Positions 46,001 to 55,545 are shown, numbered from the stretch's first letter. The stretch: 64,000 nt of DNA from a virus (IMGVR_UViG_3300037459_000226:11542-75541), one strand, 5' to 3'. Made by a program: numbers and translations. The notes: a model not told the origin generated them from the sequence alone.

Positions 46001-46282
46001 ACGCTCCAACATCTCGCGGCCCCCGACTCTGTTTTCAGCAGAGAACGGGGTGAGGAACTGGTCGAATGGGTTTTCTCCGGACACGATGTCGCGAACAGAT
46101 GACGCCCCGGTTGCCAGATCAAGGAAGTTGCCAACGCCCGCCAGTCCCGAGAGACCCTGGCGCATAATCAGATTGCCAACCGACTCTTGATCAGCGGTAT
46201 CGCCCTGCCTCTGAGCACGAGTTGCTGGCTGCTGTCTCCCCGCGCGCGTAAGCAATCGCGCTGCTGCCGGAGAAAGCGCCAT
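43052..46282 (-). CDS. Large internal virion / DNA-ejection-like protein
   Basis: 1076 aa, rich in G/A/R; YFPR, P.FHTRNL, R...F, DYS, FPFW.F motifs typical of podovirus-like internal proteins. Confidence 0.6.
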   Translation of the reverse strand: MALSPAAARLLTRAGRQQPATRAQRQGDTADQESVGNLIMRQGLSGLAGVGNFLDLATGASSVRDIVSGENPFDQFLTPFSAENRVGGREMLERFGALGRNRPGFDWGDVAGFGAEVFFDPATYATLGGSAVTKLAGTAMKNAGLMRAVTATGRGMGYGKAMGRVMLTPRQVIQTPSELKHFSRAARQLGPEGATKAGRRAMLDDPIGGLAGLHVPFGRNVAVARGSGAQLLARGMDWAGETMRATWPVRQGARLFASSVRDMSTLPIQRAASKLTGEIAGTRVQNRALVGRAIADLVEQGRVGSKDADQLRNIFEGLEAAPPEMGQMVNDVWGRLEGVRQELDYAGLRSGILDDDMVRYFPRFMTEMMYGLRRAVSGKGKKGFQTFDPTEMGRQPFLKNVEGGTVRIKQILQDPQVAAAARWQDVQTVIQSPRFRGSLPAHLEEDFSKWAHGLSENVRESGVFGNHPLVDLLAKLEMSGGAARSGKAILEMLTDTDVLGYTSRNANTKTIGNILQNANMAHGSQGVQDAAKRLGMSADDFLSRSVNADIADDIGRMMKFYQSPDGVNEVLQVVDSVTNLWKGYVTGIAPAFHTRNLFSGQVANAMHGMFSANSVRAAHAILRGRSFAGLEAIPAVRWRLMKESRALTPGNAADMIRRMAFEHELVHGQGEVASVAGQAVEQGATGLQEMAQKMPGGLGGAHPIGGMRILRKATGLEPGTTFNPLEMRGFGGRPESRFTLGAAGDEIGVYVEGMNRLAPFIQQLKRGVRPGEAADRVKAVQIDYSARKYTQFEREKAQRLFPFWKFSKNVLPPTLKLLFERPGGLMAQTLRATRHLRGEDNQILPEYISQQAAIPLGTTPQGDQRFLSGFGFMHEDPIAFAGTPKTVGLELLSRANPLIKGPLEFATGQTFFQRGPMGGRRLEDLDPTIGRIISNAKQIISGEKAERGRARPFISTGFEQLVSNLPTARITTSLRTATDTRKNAIEKVMNLFTGVRLTTLSPAAQDAVIRETAQMLMREYGANVFEKVYFSDDEKAAMTPDKLQIAEGLEAVVKQLRNNAKLRKDSNPLDAAARRR

Positions 46283-47706
46283 CAGAATCCTCCGAACGGT
46301 ATGTCATACGAAGGGATGTTGCGGGTCTGCTGTCGGCGTTGCTCTTGACGTGCCGGGAGCGAGCGTTCCATTGCGATGGCCCGAAGTTCATCAATGCTCT
46401 TGCCCTGAGCGATCCCCTGAAGCAACCGGATGGTTCCCGGTTCACCGAATGCGCCGAACCGGCTTCGCTCGGTATTGAAGAACTCCGGATCGGATCCACC
46501 CCTCGCGGAAATCCACGGCTCCAGCAACTCCAGCGACTTCTCATCAATTTCCTGCCCACTCACGAACATGTCTTGCAGTTTTTCCTCCAGAGCCAACTCA
46601 TCAAACCATAGGCCGCCGCTTTCACCCGTGCGGTGTTCCACGCCAAGGAACCCAAGAAACTGATCGACTGAGCCACCTTCCCGATACGAATTTAGAATCT
46701 CCCTTGATTCCGTCAGTGTCGGCGTTGAACCCCCGCGCTGGCTCACACCGCCGTCTGTCTGCGCGGTTTGTGATGTCGGAGGAGTGAAGGGTGCCGCCCC
46801 ACCATCACCAGCGAAGTATCGGCGACGCGATTCCTGCCGGCGCGCCATCTCGTTCGCGCGTGACTGCTGGAACTGCGTGGCGTTCTCCGGAACTTCTCCT
46901 CTTCGCATAAGGCGGTTCGCGAGAGACCGTTGAACCTGTTCCTCATACCGACTCGCCATCGGCCCTCCCGGTCCCGATTCAGGGCCAAGGAGCGAGCCAA
47001 GGCTACGTGCCTCTCGCTTGGCTTCCAGGTTCGCCGTCGCTTCCTCCAAGCGCTGCTCGTGCGTCATCCCCGTCCGGTCGACAGCACGTTGATCAGGCGT
47101 TCTGTTGCGCTCGGCAGCTTCAAATTCTTCCTCTGGCGTCAGACCTGGATACTGCCTTCCAAAAGTATCGCCCTGCATCCCCCAAGACGGAGCACGACCT
47201 CCTTGTCGCTGCCGCCGCCGAAGCTCTTGAGCCGACACGCTGCCACTGAGAACGCTGTCGACGTTCTCGCCTTGGGTTTGCTCAAAATCACTCTCGGCTC
47301 CGAATCCGGCGTACACGTCTGCGTTGCGGGCCGCGAGGCTCTCCCTGGCTGCCCTCTTCAGATTGAAGTAACTCTCCATGCCGGCGACTTCGGGAGGAGC
47401 GTGCTCAGGTTGGCCTTGAAACGGAGAGTCCTCGCCAGTCAGCCGCTGACGGAGGCGAGCGTTCAAGTTCAGGGCCGCTGCGGGTTCACCGCCTGAAGAC
47501 TGGCCAAAGTAGCCCTGTGATTGAAATCCTGTGGAGTCGAGCGTGCTCGGTCCGTGCTCTGCGCCGGGAACGTAGGCGTCCGGCGCAGGAGCAACCGATG
47601 CGAGTGCCTGGCCCGCCAATGACTGCGCAAGGCCCCGCCTGCGAGTTCGACCGCCGCGCCCGCGAGCCATTCCGCCGCGTCGCTTGCGATTCCCGATGTG
47701 TGGCAT
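46282..47706 (-). CDS. Low-complexity putative internal virion protein
   Basis: 474 aa, rich in G/Q/R/E; TGATG-coupled to the 1076-aa gene. Confidence 0.55.
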   Translation of the reverse strand: MPHIGNRKRRGGMARGRGGRTRRRGLAQSLAGQALASVAPAPDAYVPGAEHGPSTLDSTGFQSQGYFGQSSGGEPAAALNLNARLRQRLTGEDSPFQGQPEHAPPEVAGMESYFNLKRAARESLAARNADVYAGFGAESDFEQTQGENVDSVLSGSVSAQELRRRQRQGGRAPSWGMQGDTFGRQYPGLTPEEEFEAAERNRTPDQRAVDRTGMTHEQRLEEATANLEAKREARSLGSLLGPESGPGGPMASRYEEQVQRSLANRLMRRGEVPENATQFQQSRANEMARRQESRRRYFAGDGGAAPFTPPTSQTAQTDGGVSQRGGSTPTLTESREILNSYREGGSVDQFLGFLGVEHRTGESGGLWFDELALEEKLQDMFVSGQEIDEKSLELLEPWISARGGSDPEFFNTERSRFGAFGEPGTIRLLQGIAQGKSIDELRAIAMERSLPARQEQRRQQTRNIPSYDIPFGGF

Positions 47707-47727
47707 GATCTGCCCCTGTTAAGTAAA

Positions 47728-47973
47728 TGAGTCGGGCCGGATTCAAACCGGCTTGGGGCATCAGTAGTAGGCACAGCCCCACCGTCAAACCGTGCTGTTC
47801 CCAGTGGATTCGCTTACGCCACGGCTCCTGCTATCCGTACACGGCAGCCCTTGTCACTTGTCGGTTCCGCCGCTGCTGGTCCGTGCGAGTGGACTGTCGA
47901 GGTCCTGCCACTCTCCCAGCAGACTCCACTGCCGACCCTACACTTCCGGGCGTTTCCCACACGCCGCCGACTC
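47728..47973 (-). ncRNA. 246-nt structured RNA with tRNA-like termini
   Basis: Acceptor-like stem GAGTCGG/CCGACTC-A, D-like arm GCGT-GTGGGAA-ACGC, T-arm GCCGG-TTTGAAT-CCGGC, about 195 nt of helical interior. Confidence 0.7.
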
Positions 47974-47978
47974 GTATT

Positions 47979-48338
47979 TCATTTCACATCGATGCGGATT
48001 CGTTCAACGTACCAATCGGGACGTGGGCACGCCGCCATCGGGTGCTTGCCGACGGTGTACCACGACTCGTCACCGTCAGCGTGCACCACCTTGCACCACC
48101 ACTTTTGCACATCCGGATCGGGGTGATTGACCACACTAACAGATTCGCACTGCCCCGGTATGACCGTCGGGCCCTCAACCATCGTACTCTGCCGCCCGTC
48201 AATCTCAGCCAGCAACTCTTTAATAGTGGGCCTGTCGTCCTCCGCAGCCTTCGCCTTGAATCCGAACCACGCCAGCGGACCAGCCGCCAATGCTGCACAG
48301 AATGTGGATAGCCAGCTACGTCTTGTCAGGTTACGCAT
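47979..48338 (-). CDS. Twin-arginine-signal-like hypothetical protein
   Basis: MRNLTRRSWLSTFCAALAAGP; SD present. Confidence 0.6.
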   Translation of the reverse strand: MRNLTRRSWLSTFCAALAAGPLAWFGFKAKAAEDDRPTIKELLAEIDGRQSTMVEGPTVIPGQCESVSVVNHPDPDVQKWWCKVVHADGDESWYTVGKHPMAACPRPDWYVERIRIDVK

Positions 48339-48406
48339 GTTCTGTTTGCCTTTCTCCCCGAAGATTACGACGGTCATGGTACACGCGAGGGGGCAGTCGC
48401 GAAAGA

Positions 48407-48928
48407 TTAACCGGTGTCCGACATGTTGAACAGGTAAATAATCCTCGCGCGTTTCGCCCCAATGACTTCCGTCGAGACCGGCTTGAACCCAAGAGTCCAA
48501 TCCCTAATGCGATTCCGAGTGATGCCGTGGTGCGATGGATTGTCAGGGCTGTTCCACATCAAGGGGAAGCTGAGCAGTGCGAAGCGGCGGGTGATTCGCA
48601 TGACCTCCGCGAAGGCCTCAGTCTGCCGACCCTCCAGATGCTCCCAGACCTGCAAGGCGATGAACAGGTCGTAAGACGAGTCCTCGATCGGCCACGGGGT
48701 GGTCGTTGCGTCATGCTGGACCGTCGGGCCAATGCCAGCATTCAGATCCATCGTGTCCCCGCCGGACACCAGCGGCAGACGATGCGGTCCAAGTTCAAGC
48801 GAGGATCCGAAGTCGAGGCCTCTCAGCGTCGCGACCGCTGCCGAGTAATAATCCCACCGGCTGGCGTGATAATACGGGTCGTGTCGTGCAGCAGCGTCAA
48901 ACTGCGGCTTTGTCACGTAGCTTGGCAT
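48407..48928 (-). CDS. Class I SAM-dependent methyltransferase-like protein
   Basis: LELGP, D...PWP..D.SYDLFIALQVWEHL...F.EV.R. Confidence 0.75.
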   Translation of the reverse strand: MPSYVTKPQFDAAARHDPYYHASRWDYYSAAVATLRGLDFGSSLELGPHRLPLVSGGDTMDLNAGIGPTVQHDATTTPWPIEDSSYDLFIALQVWEHLEGRQTEAFAEVMRITRRFALLSFPLMWNSPDNPSHHGITRNRIRDWTLGFKPVSTEVIGAKRARIIYLFNMSDTG

Positions 48929-49970
48929 CGACAAATCCCGAATGGAAAACGTCAGTTGCAAGGGCATCCTCGCCAATGAACGTTCGACTGACACGACGGG
49001 AGTTGTCTCCGCTCTGACCGTGCCCCAGCGAGGACTGCGATTTCTCCGGCGCAATATGTTGCGCGAGGCTCGGCAGAACGAAGTAGCAACGCAGACCCCG
49101 TGATTTCATCCAATGGCCGACAAAGACGTCGATCGCCGCCTTTCGAATGTCAGGAAGCACTTCGCCGAGAACCGTAGTCCCAGGCCACGTCTTGGACTCG
49201 CGGCTGTTCACGATCTCCTCAGCGATCTTGCGTGGAAACGCCAAGGCGCAGGCCCCGACCATGAACTTGGCGCTCACACGGTTCATGCCGACGACTGACC
49301 GTCTCCCCTCGTATTGTGTCGGGGAGTAGAGCGAGATTGCTACGGCGCCATCTGGAAACTGGCCGTTGAGTAGTGGTCGGATACCGCGAGAGAACACGAC
49401 GTCGTCTTGAACGATCAGAATCGTGTGGGCATCCGGGTAGAGCGCGATTAGATCGTGAATGCTCTGTCTCCAATTCTTCCACGCGCCGAGTACCCGTTTG
49501 TGCTGGATCGTTCGGTGATTGCCTTTAGGAACGATTGCACCCTTCTCGGCAAAGACGGTCACGTCCACGAACCCCGCCCGTTGCAAGGATGCCAGTGTCT
49601 CTGGCAGGAAGCTGACTGACCGGTAGGCGGTCGTGACACCTACCGCAACCAGTTGGCCAGACTTCTTCGGGAAAAGCTGATTCAAAGCATCCTGGCGCTT
49701 CTGGCACTTCCCGCAATTCTCGGACTTCTCCTCGACGGATCTCCGCAGGAATCCTGGAAGAAACTTCGCAGCCCACTTGATCCAGTTGTGGATGCGATCG
49801 CCGAGACCCCGCGACGGATTGACGTGGCCCTTCTTCTGACCCGGACCGCGGCCCTCTTCCCACATCTGGAAGTACCCTTCATCTGTCTGGCAGAGCAGAT
49901 GTCGGTGCTCGCTTTTCCGGATGCCGTGGCGAGGGCAGTCGCCCGGCTCGCTGCATTCACAATTCGTCAT
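48897..49970 (-). CDS. GT-A fold glycosyltransferase with Cys-rich N-terminal domain
   Basis: AVGVTTA.R...L..TL.SL..AGF, G.W.NW, QDDV (DxD-like), PSLAQH; N-terminal C.C..PG.CPRH and CGKC..RQ..LN. Confidence 0.75.
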   Translation of the reverse strand: MTNCECSEPGDCPRHGIRKSEHRHLLCQTDEGYFQMWEEGRGPGQKKGHVNPSRGLGDRIHNWIKWAAKFLPGFLRRSVEEKSENCGKCQKRQDALNQLFPKKSGQLVAVGVTTAYRSVSFLPETLASLQRAGFVDVTVFAEKGAIVPKGNHRTIQHKRVLGAWKNWRQSIHDLIALYPDAHTILIVQDDVVFSRGIRPLLNGQFPDGAVAISLYSPTQYEGRRSVVGMNRVSAKFMVGACALAFPRKIAEEIVNSRESKTWPGTTVLGEVLPDIRKAAIDVFVGHWMKSRGLRCYFVLPSLAQHIAPEKSQSSLGHGQSGDNSRRVSRTFIGEDALATDVFHSGFVDAKLRDKAAV

Positions 49971-51862
49971 GCGGTGATTTCGACTATGAGCTCGCCCTGG
50001 TTTCCGTTGCAGCAAGGCAGTTGGTCAATCTCGTCGTTGCCCCCGAATGTTAAGAGAAGCGGATCGCAGACGTCATCGCCATTTGACGCCACACTGCCGT
50101 CGTAGCAGAATCCAAGGTCTATGACTATGAACAGCTCCCAAAACCCGCCGATGCACTCAAGGGTGAGTTCGGCAGTTTGGTCGCAGAATGCTCCGCTCCC
50201 GGTCCACTTATCGCCTCCATCCCCGGTCAGTGTGATTTCAACCCCATCACCGCACGGGCAGCCTCCATTATTAACCTGCATGAACGTTGCGGTGAGTGTC
50301 TGGTTTATCCCGGGATCGGGGCAGCAGTCCGTGATCTGTTTCGGAACGCCACCCGATCCAGACGCCAGAGAATCACAGTCACAGTCGCACAGATCGACGG
50401 AATGTAAAGCCGTCTCCGGCAACGAGGTCGTCTGATCTATGATCTCCCCGGCAGCGTTTCGCGTCGTCGTGACGATGGTCTTTTCTTCAGTCAGATGCAG
50501 CACGCACTCAATCAGGTCGAGATCAACACTGGTAACGTTATCAGTGGTGGTCGTGTTGCCCGGAACAGGTACGAGGTCAGCCTTCAGGCCGCATTCACCC
50601 GATGTCGAGAGTCCCGCTCCGGCGAGTTGCGTGTTGTCAACGCTCGGCGAGTTTCCCTTGAATTTCAGGCCGCAAGAACTGCTGAGGTCGATCTCCAGCG
50701 CACAACTATCCTCGCCCGCAGCAACCTTGAGGCCCCCACCGGCCAGCGCGGAAGGGTTGACTTCAAGTCGGCCGGTTTCAGGGTTTTTTTTCAGCCCACA
50801 GCCTGGCTTCGCACCAGCGGAATCAACGGAGTGCAAGTACCATTTGTACTGATGCCAAAAAGCAACACCGTTATCTCCGTCCTCAATTGACCCCAATGGA
50901 GATACGGAGATACGAAATATCCTGGCATCCCACGCTCCAGTGCCGTCGCCTTCCTTCAAGCGAACGAGGACGTCTTCCTCAAGGGTGATATCATCGTCAC
51001 CGCGAAAATCGGAGGTGACGACTCCGTCAATCATCTCGACTCGCAGTATTTCATGCTCTGTTCCTAAGCCATACCAGCGCCCATTGAGCCTGATTCCTTC
51101 AACAATATCTCCAATGTGTTCATTTTGGAGATCAAGAAAAGAAGCTCGTGTTGGCACTCGCTCCGGAAATTCAGCACTTTCAATATCCGGCATCCCAAAT
51201 GCCACGCCTTTGAAAAACGGTCCGGGATGCAGTACCTCGAATTCGCTCCCCGTATCTGGAAAGATGCGAGTAACGACTCCGTTTTTGTCGACGTGCACCT
51301 TATACGCCAGAACGCTTTTACCATGTTCCTGCAAAGTTCGCTTGATGCCGATATTGGGACCGTCCCGGTCAAACTCGCTGCTGTTTTCAATCAGCACCTC
51401 AAACTTCGCAAGCTCGACACCGCCTTTTGGCACAACAAGAAAGATTGGGACGTCATGGTCCGGGTACGGCTCAGAAACAGCAATGAATCCCTCCCCGCCC
51501 CAATCCTTGGCAGGCCGCATCTTTCCTTTCTGCGGTCCCCACTCTTCACCGATCTTCGGTGCTGGAATGTCGGGATCATCGTCGTATCTCACCCAAGTAG
51601 GTCCAATAATCGGCGTGCAGATTCCACTTTTGTCGGCATCAACCTTGGCATACCCCAGGGCGTAGTAAACCGGAGGGGTGATATTTTGGGCCTGCTGATT
51701 GTCCGCCCTAGTCATCGTCAGGAGGACGGGACTGTCATCCTCAACTTCAATCCCTTTAGTGGTTCCTGACGCCACTCTTTCGTGTTCAACAATTGAATGG
51801 CCCGAAAGATCGACTCCGTGATTTTTGAACCTGATCCATCTCCGGAATTCCGGTGTGCTCAT
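49967..51862 (-). CDS. Tail fibre/tip-like protein with Cys-rich C-terminus
   Basis: Repeated (A)G.GL.....C.L units and a Cys-rich acidic C-terminus; lies in the tail module. Confidence 0.55.
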   Translation of the reverse strand: MSTPEFRRWIRFKNHGVDLSGHSIVEHERVASGTTKGIEVEDDSPVLLTMTRADNQQAQNITPPVYYALGYAKVDADKSGICTPIIGPTWVRYDDDPDIPAPKIGEEWGPQKGKMRPAKDWGGEGFIAVSEPYPDHDVPIFLVVPKGGVELAKFEVLIENSSEFDRDGPNIGIKRTLQEHGKSVLAYKVHVDKNGVVTRIFPDTGSEFEVLHPGPFFKGVAFGMPDIESAEFPERVPTRASFLDLQNEHIGDIVEGIRLNGRWYGLGTEHEILRVEMIDGVVTSDFRGDDDITLEEDVLVRLKEGDGTGAWDARIFRISVSPLGSIEDGDNGVAFWHQYKWYLHSVDSAGAKPGCGLKKNPETGRLEVNPSALAGGGLKVAAGEDSCALEIDLSSSCGLKFKGNSPSVDNTQLAGAGLSTSGECGLKADLVPVPGNTTTTDNVTSVDLDLIECVLHLTEEKTIVTTTRNAAGEIIDQTTSLPETALHSVDLCDCDCDSLASGSGGVPKQITDCCPDPGINQTLTATFMQVNNGGCPCGDGVEITLTGDGGDKWTGSGAFCDQTAELTLECIGGFWELFIVIDLGFCYDGSVASNGDDVCDPLLLTFGGNDEIDQLPCCNGNQGELIVEITA

Positions 51863-53475
51863 TTGAGGAGTGCCCTCACTTTCTCGCGGTAGCGAGGCGC
51901 CCCAATTTCCGCCTCCATGTTGCGATAGACCCACGTCTGGCAGCCAGTTTCGATGCTGACTTCCCACGTCACCTGGCGTTGAAGCCCGTCCGGGTCGATC
52001 GCTTGCAGGCCACGGTACACGACGTTCTGTGCGACTTCGGTTGTGGAAAATTCCTTTTGGGCGGCGTCGAGATGCAGACCCAACTCTGTTTCGGTATCGC
52101 CAGTGGTATCTTCGATGGAGTCAGGGACCAACGTGGCGCCTTGCGCGGCGCCAACATCTTCGATCCCGTATCGGCCCACCTTTGTGGCGAAAATGTCGAA
52201 TCGCTTGCTGACAAGCGGCTCAGTGTTGTTGTTGCTGATCTGCCGTTGCAGCGTCACTCTTTCCAGCAGCCCCGTGTCGAAGTCGCTGACCTGAAAACTG
52301 GTGGTCAACCACAACAACGCTTCCTCAATCCCATCCGCATCTTCTGTCCACCTGAATGCCGGACGACTCAGCAGGACGAGACCCGAATCGCCGATCGTCT
52401 GGAACGATCCCTGCCAGATGGTTCCGCGAACGGTGTTTGTGAACGTTTCGGGATCCCCGCCGACAGCGAATTCCCCGTCGATGAATGACGGCAGGGCTTG
52501 GAACGAACCGTCGAGACCTATTGAACCGTCAACGAGTTCGGAGCGGATCGGAAGAATCTGCGACATGCTCGTGAGCGCGCCGAACCCCGGAAGATCGAGG
52601 CTGCCGTCCGCCATCGCGGCGACCTGATACAGCCGGAACACATACTTCTCGGCGAGATGCCGCGCAGTCGGATCGTCGATCTCGGAGAACCGAGCGTCCC
52701 GGTCCAGCATGTTGATCGACTCCCAGCCGTCACTCGGAGCGTAAGACAGATTGTCGATGTTGGTGAGGCTCGCGTCGACGTCCTGTCCAACCGCGACAAG
52801 CGCCAGCTTCATCTGGAAGACTGTTCCTCCAGCGCACACCTTGAGTGACCGGGGTGACTCTGGCTTGTCGAGGCTGTACGACACCGAGCGGATATGCTCG
52901 TCCCGGTTTGGCAGCTCGGCGCCGTGTCCGAACTGAAAGATCGCAGCCCTGTTGTCGCTGATGCGCAGCCCCGGAGCACAGCCGTAGAGACTACACAGCT
53001 TTGTCAACTCTTTTGCCGGGTTGTCACACTCCCAGTCGACTCCGGGAAACTGATCCTCCGGCATGGCATTGACGTCGGCATTCAGTTCACCCATCGCTTC
53101 AAACAGCAGGGCCGCCAGTTCTTTAGCCGTGGCCGAAGCTGAGAGGCGAGCGCCGCGGACGCCCGCCAGGACGCCGTTGTAGTGGCCGCTGATGTCGCCG
53201 AACTTCCACGGCCATCTGCGGTCCAGAATCCGGGCCTCGATGATCTGGCCATTCAACGAAAACCGCAATGACGCGATGTCGACTCGGCAGTCGAATAGCC
53301 GGAATTCGTCCGACCCGAATTTAAGAACAAGCGTTCCGTCAGGCCCAAACAACTCGGTCTGTGGAACAATCGACACGATAGCGGCGTCGGGAAACGTGCC
53401 CAGAGTGCCGGTGTACCGGGCACTCCGTGCCGACTTGATGCCGGGGAATTCGATCGAAAGTGGGATGCCGGCCAT
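51859..53475 (-). CDS. Baseplate hub-like tail protein
   Basis: 538 aa; I.DRRW.W..G.ISG.YN and P.VDW...NP..EL..LC..YG; position in the tail module. Confidence 0.55.
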   Translation of the reverse strand: MAGIPLSIEFPGIKSARSARYTGTLGTFPDAAIVSIVPQTELFGPDGTLVLKFGSDEFRLFDCRVDIASLRFSLNGQIIEARILDRRWPWKFGDISGHYNGVLAGVRGARLSASATAKELAALLFEAMGELNADVNAMPEDQFPGVDWECDNPAKELTKLCSLYGCAPGLRISDNRAAIFQFGHGAELPNRDEHIRSVSYSLDKPESPRSLKVCAGGTVFQMKLALVAVGQDVDASLTNIDNLSYAPSDGWESINMLDRDARFSEIDDPTARHLAEKYVFRLYQVAAMADGSLDLPGFGALTSMSQILPIRSELVDGSIGLDGSFQALPSFIDGEFAVGGDPETFTNTVRGTIWQGSFQTIGDSGLVLLSRPAFRWTEDADGIEEALLWLTTSFQVSDFDTGLLERVTLQRQISNNNTEPLVSKRFDIFATKVGRYGIEDVGAAQGATLVPDSIEDTTGDTETELGLHLDAAQKEFSTTEVAQNVVYRGLQAIDPDGLQRQVTWEVSIETGCQTWVYRNMEAEIGAPRYREKVRALLK

Positions 53476-53478
53476 TCA

Positions 53479-54792
53479 CTAGATCGCGGTCTTGGTCAAT
53501 GTGAAGTGTGTGCCCTTGTCGATTGTCACGTCCGCAAGCGCACACCCGTTGATGTCGATGCCGTTCGATTCTGTGATGCGAGCCTGTGGATCGAGATAGC
53601 TCGCGCCCTTGTTGAGTTCGAGGTTCGTGATCGCCAATGCCAGCGTCCCCTGACGAGCATCGATCACGCCGCCGCGGGCTATCTGTGTCGTGATGGTTCC
53701 GCAGTTGACCAGAAAGACCGTGCCGGAGTGTTCGATCGATGCGTGGGCGCCAGACCGAATTGTGATCGATCCCCCCGTTTGGTCGATCGTGCCGGTTCCC
53801 GTCGCACTGTCGATGGAAAGGCTCCCGCCGGTTTGAACGATCGCCGCGTTCCCGAGATCCACACCACTACCACACACCACGTCCGCATCGCCGGTCTGAT
53901 TCGTCTCCCACCCGACCGTGAGTGTCGCCAGGTGCGCAGACTCCTGCTCGAAGAACGCAACACCGACTTTGCCTTTCGTGACGCGCAACACACTACTGGC
54001 GTGCGTTCCGAGGATCAGCAAGGCCGGCACGTCGGTCTCCAGCGGTGTGCCGTTGTCCGCGATATCCGCCGTGAAGATATTTGAGCCAAAATCGAACTTG
54101 GTCCGACCTGATCCCGTTCCGTCACCCTGCACCAAAACCGTCGTAGCACTGATCTTCAGATAATCGTCCCGGTACTCGTTGTATTTTCGGGATGTGCTAT
54201 CGACATTCAGTTTCGGGAGTCCGATCTTCTTCGTGAACCCGTTGGTTCGTGTCAGGCTCGTGAGCGTGATGGCATTCTGATCCAGAGCGTAGAGCAGGTC
54301 GTCCTGTGCGGTAACGTCGAATAGCAAGTCGTCTGTGCTGACCGGAACACTCCCCTCAAGATAGTTGTCCGCGTTGTCGAAGTGATTCTTGCCCGTCGCC
54401 GCGATACTGGTCGCTTCAACTGAGGTTCCAGTGCCGGCCGTCACCTCAACCACGCTCATCGTGAACGGCTTGCCGAGTGTGTCACCCGTCAACGTCACCA
54501 CGCCGGCAGCAGAAGTGGCGGTGATTTCGGCATATTCCGGGATGCTGCTGGCACCAGCCACGGGAATGATCGACTCGTTCGCCGCGAGCGACGGAGCCGA
54601 AGTTGCGTTCCAGCCGAGGACGAACGCCGCCGCGATCGTCGTCACGTCCGACGTGTCGCCAACGGTGAACGTGAAGTCCTTGCCGTTGATCGTGACCGTG
54701 ACCGTGTCCGCCGTCGCCCAGGTCAGCGCAAAGGTGATCGTGTCGACCTGGGCAATCCCGACAGCCCCGCCCCGCCATGTTCGTTGAGCCAT
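53479..54792 (-). CDS. Beta-rich structural (tail) protein
   Basis: 437 aa, rich in T/G/A; W.GGA...AQVDTIT N-terminus. Confidence 0.6.
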   Translation of the reverse strand: MAQRTWRGGAVGIAQVDTITFALTWATADTVTVTINGKDFTFTVGDTSDVTTIAAAFVLGWNATSAPSLAANESIIPVAGASSIPEYAEITATSAAGVVTLTGDTLGKPFTMSVVEVTAGTGTSVEATSIAATGKNHFDNADNYLEGSVPVSTDDLLFDVTAQDDLLYALDQNAITLTSLTRTNGFTKKIGLPKLNVDSTSRKYNEYRDDYLKISATTVLVQGDGTGSGRTKFDFGSNIFTADIADNGTPLETDVPALLILGTHASSVLRVTKGKVGVAFFEQESAHLATLTVGWETNQTGDADVVCGSGVDLGNAAIVQTGGSLSIDSATGTGTIDQTGGSITIRSGAHASIEHSGTVFLVNCGTITTQIARGGVIDARQGTLALAITNLELNKGASYLDPQARITESNGIDINGCALADVTIDKGTHFTLTKTAI

Positions 54793-54804
54793 TGTTCCGC
54801 TCCA

Positions 54805-55545
54805 TCACAAAACGATCTGCGGTCCGCCAACAAGGGCGGTTGCAGATTCGTGGACGTATTTCCAACTTATGGGGAACACGGTGTTCCTGAACCGCTTGAT
54901 CTCTTTCGGCGTGTCTTCCGAGATGACCGACTTGTCGCGGTGAAGCGCTCCGGGCCACAGAGAAGCCGGGAAGTTCGGATGATCCAGCATTCCAATCGCG
55001 TTGCCCTGCTGAATCGCCACGTAGGGCGTGAATTGCTGAAGCTGCTGTTTCTGCACTGGCCCCTGCAAGGCCCCCATCATCTTGAACCGCGGTCCGCCGT
55101 CTCCAATCTGGGTGATGCGTTCGTGGTAGAATAGCACGTTGATTTCGGTGGTGAGAAGCTCGTATTCGAGCGTGAACCGAAATGTGCGACGTAGAACGTA
55201 CTCACTGCCGCTACCCCAGATGCCGGGATTGCCTTTCAAATACCCGAAGTTGGTGACACGGATCCCGTCGAGAGTGTCACCAGATGCCTGAAAGTGCTGG
55301 CTCTTGATCGTCTTCGCCGTATCGGTCCACAGCGTGATGTCCAGGTTGTCCGCCGCGTAGGCATCTTCCAGCACGGCCAACGCGGTCGTGAGGGCCGCTT
55401 GCGTTGCCGCTTTCTTAACCCCCGTGACCGTCCAGCGGACGCGCGACTTCATCCGCCGGCCGACAGGACTCCAGACAACCGCGGAGTCGAGCACGAGCCA
55501 GATCTCGTTGTCGTCGTGCGAATAGTTTCCGTACTGCAAAATCAT
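54805..55545 (-). CDS. Distal-tail-like structural protein
   Basis: 246 aa, downstream of the tail tube; TGATG coupled. Confidence 0.55.
   Translation of the reverse strand: MILQYGNYSHDDNEIWLVLDSAVVWSPVGRRMKSRVRWTVTGVKKAATQAALTTALAVLEDAYAADNLDITLWTDTAKTIKSQHFQASGDTLDGIRVTNFGYLKGNPGIWGSGSEYVLRRTFRFTLEYELLTTEINVLFYHERITQIGDGGPRFKMMGALQGPVQKQQLQQFTPYVAIQQGNAIGMLDHPNFPASLWPGALHRDKSVISEDTPKEIKRFRNTVFPISWKYVHESATALVGGPQIVL

Noticed and set aside
47728-47973. tmRNA or intron-containing tRNA
   Set aside because: There is no G3:U70 pair, no tmRNA 5' consensus, no reconstructable anticodon stem and no recognisable group I core. Kept as an unknown tRNA-like RNA.
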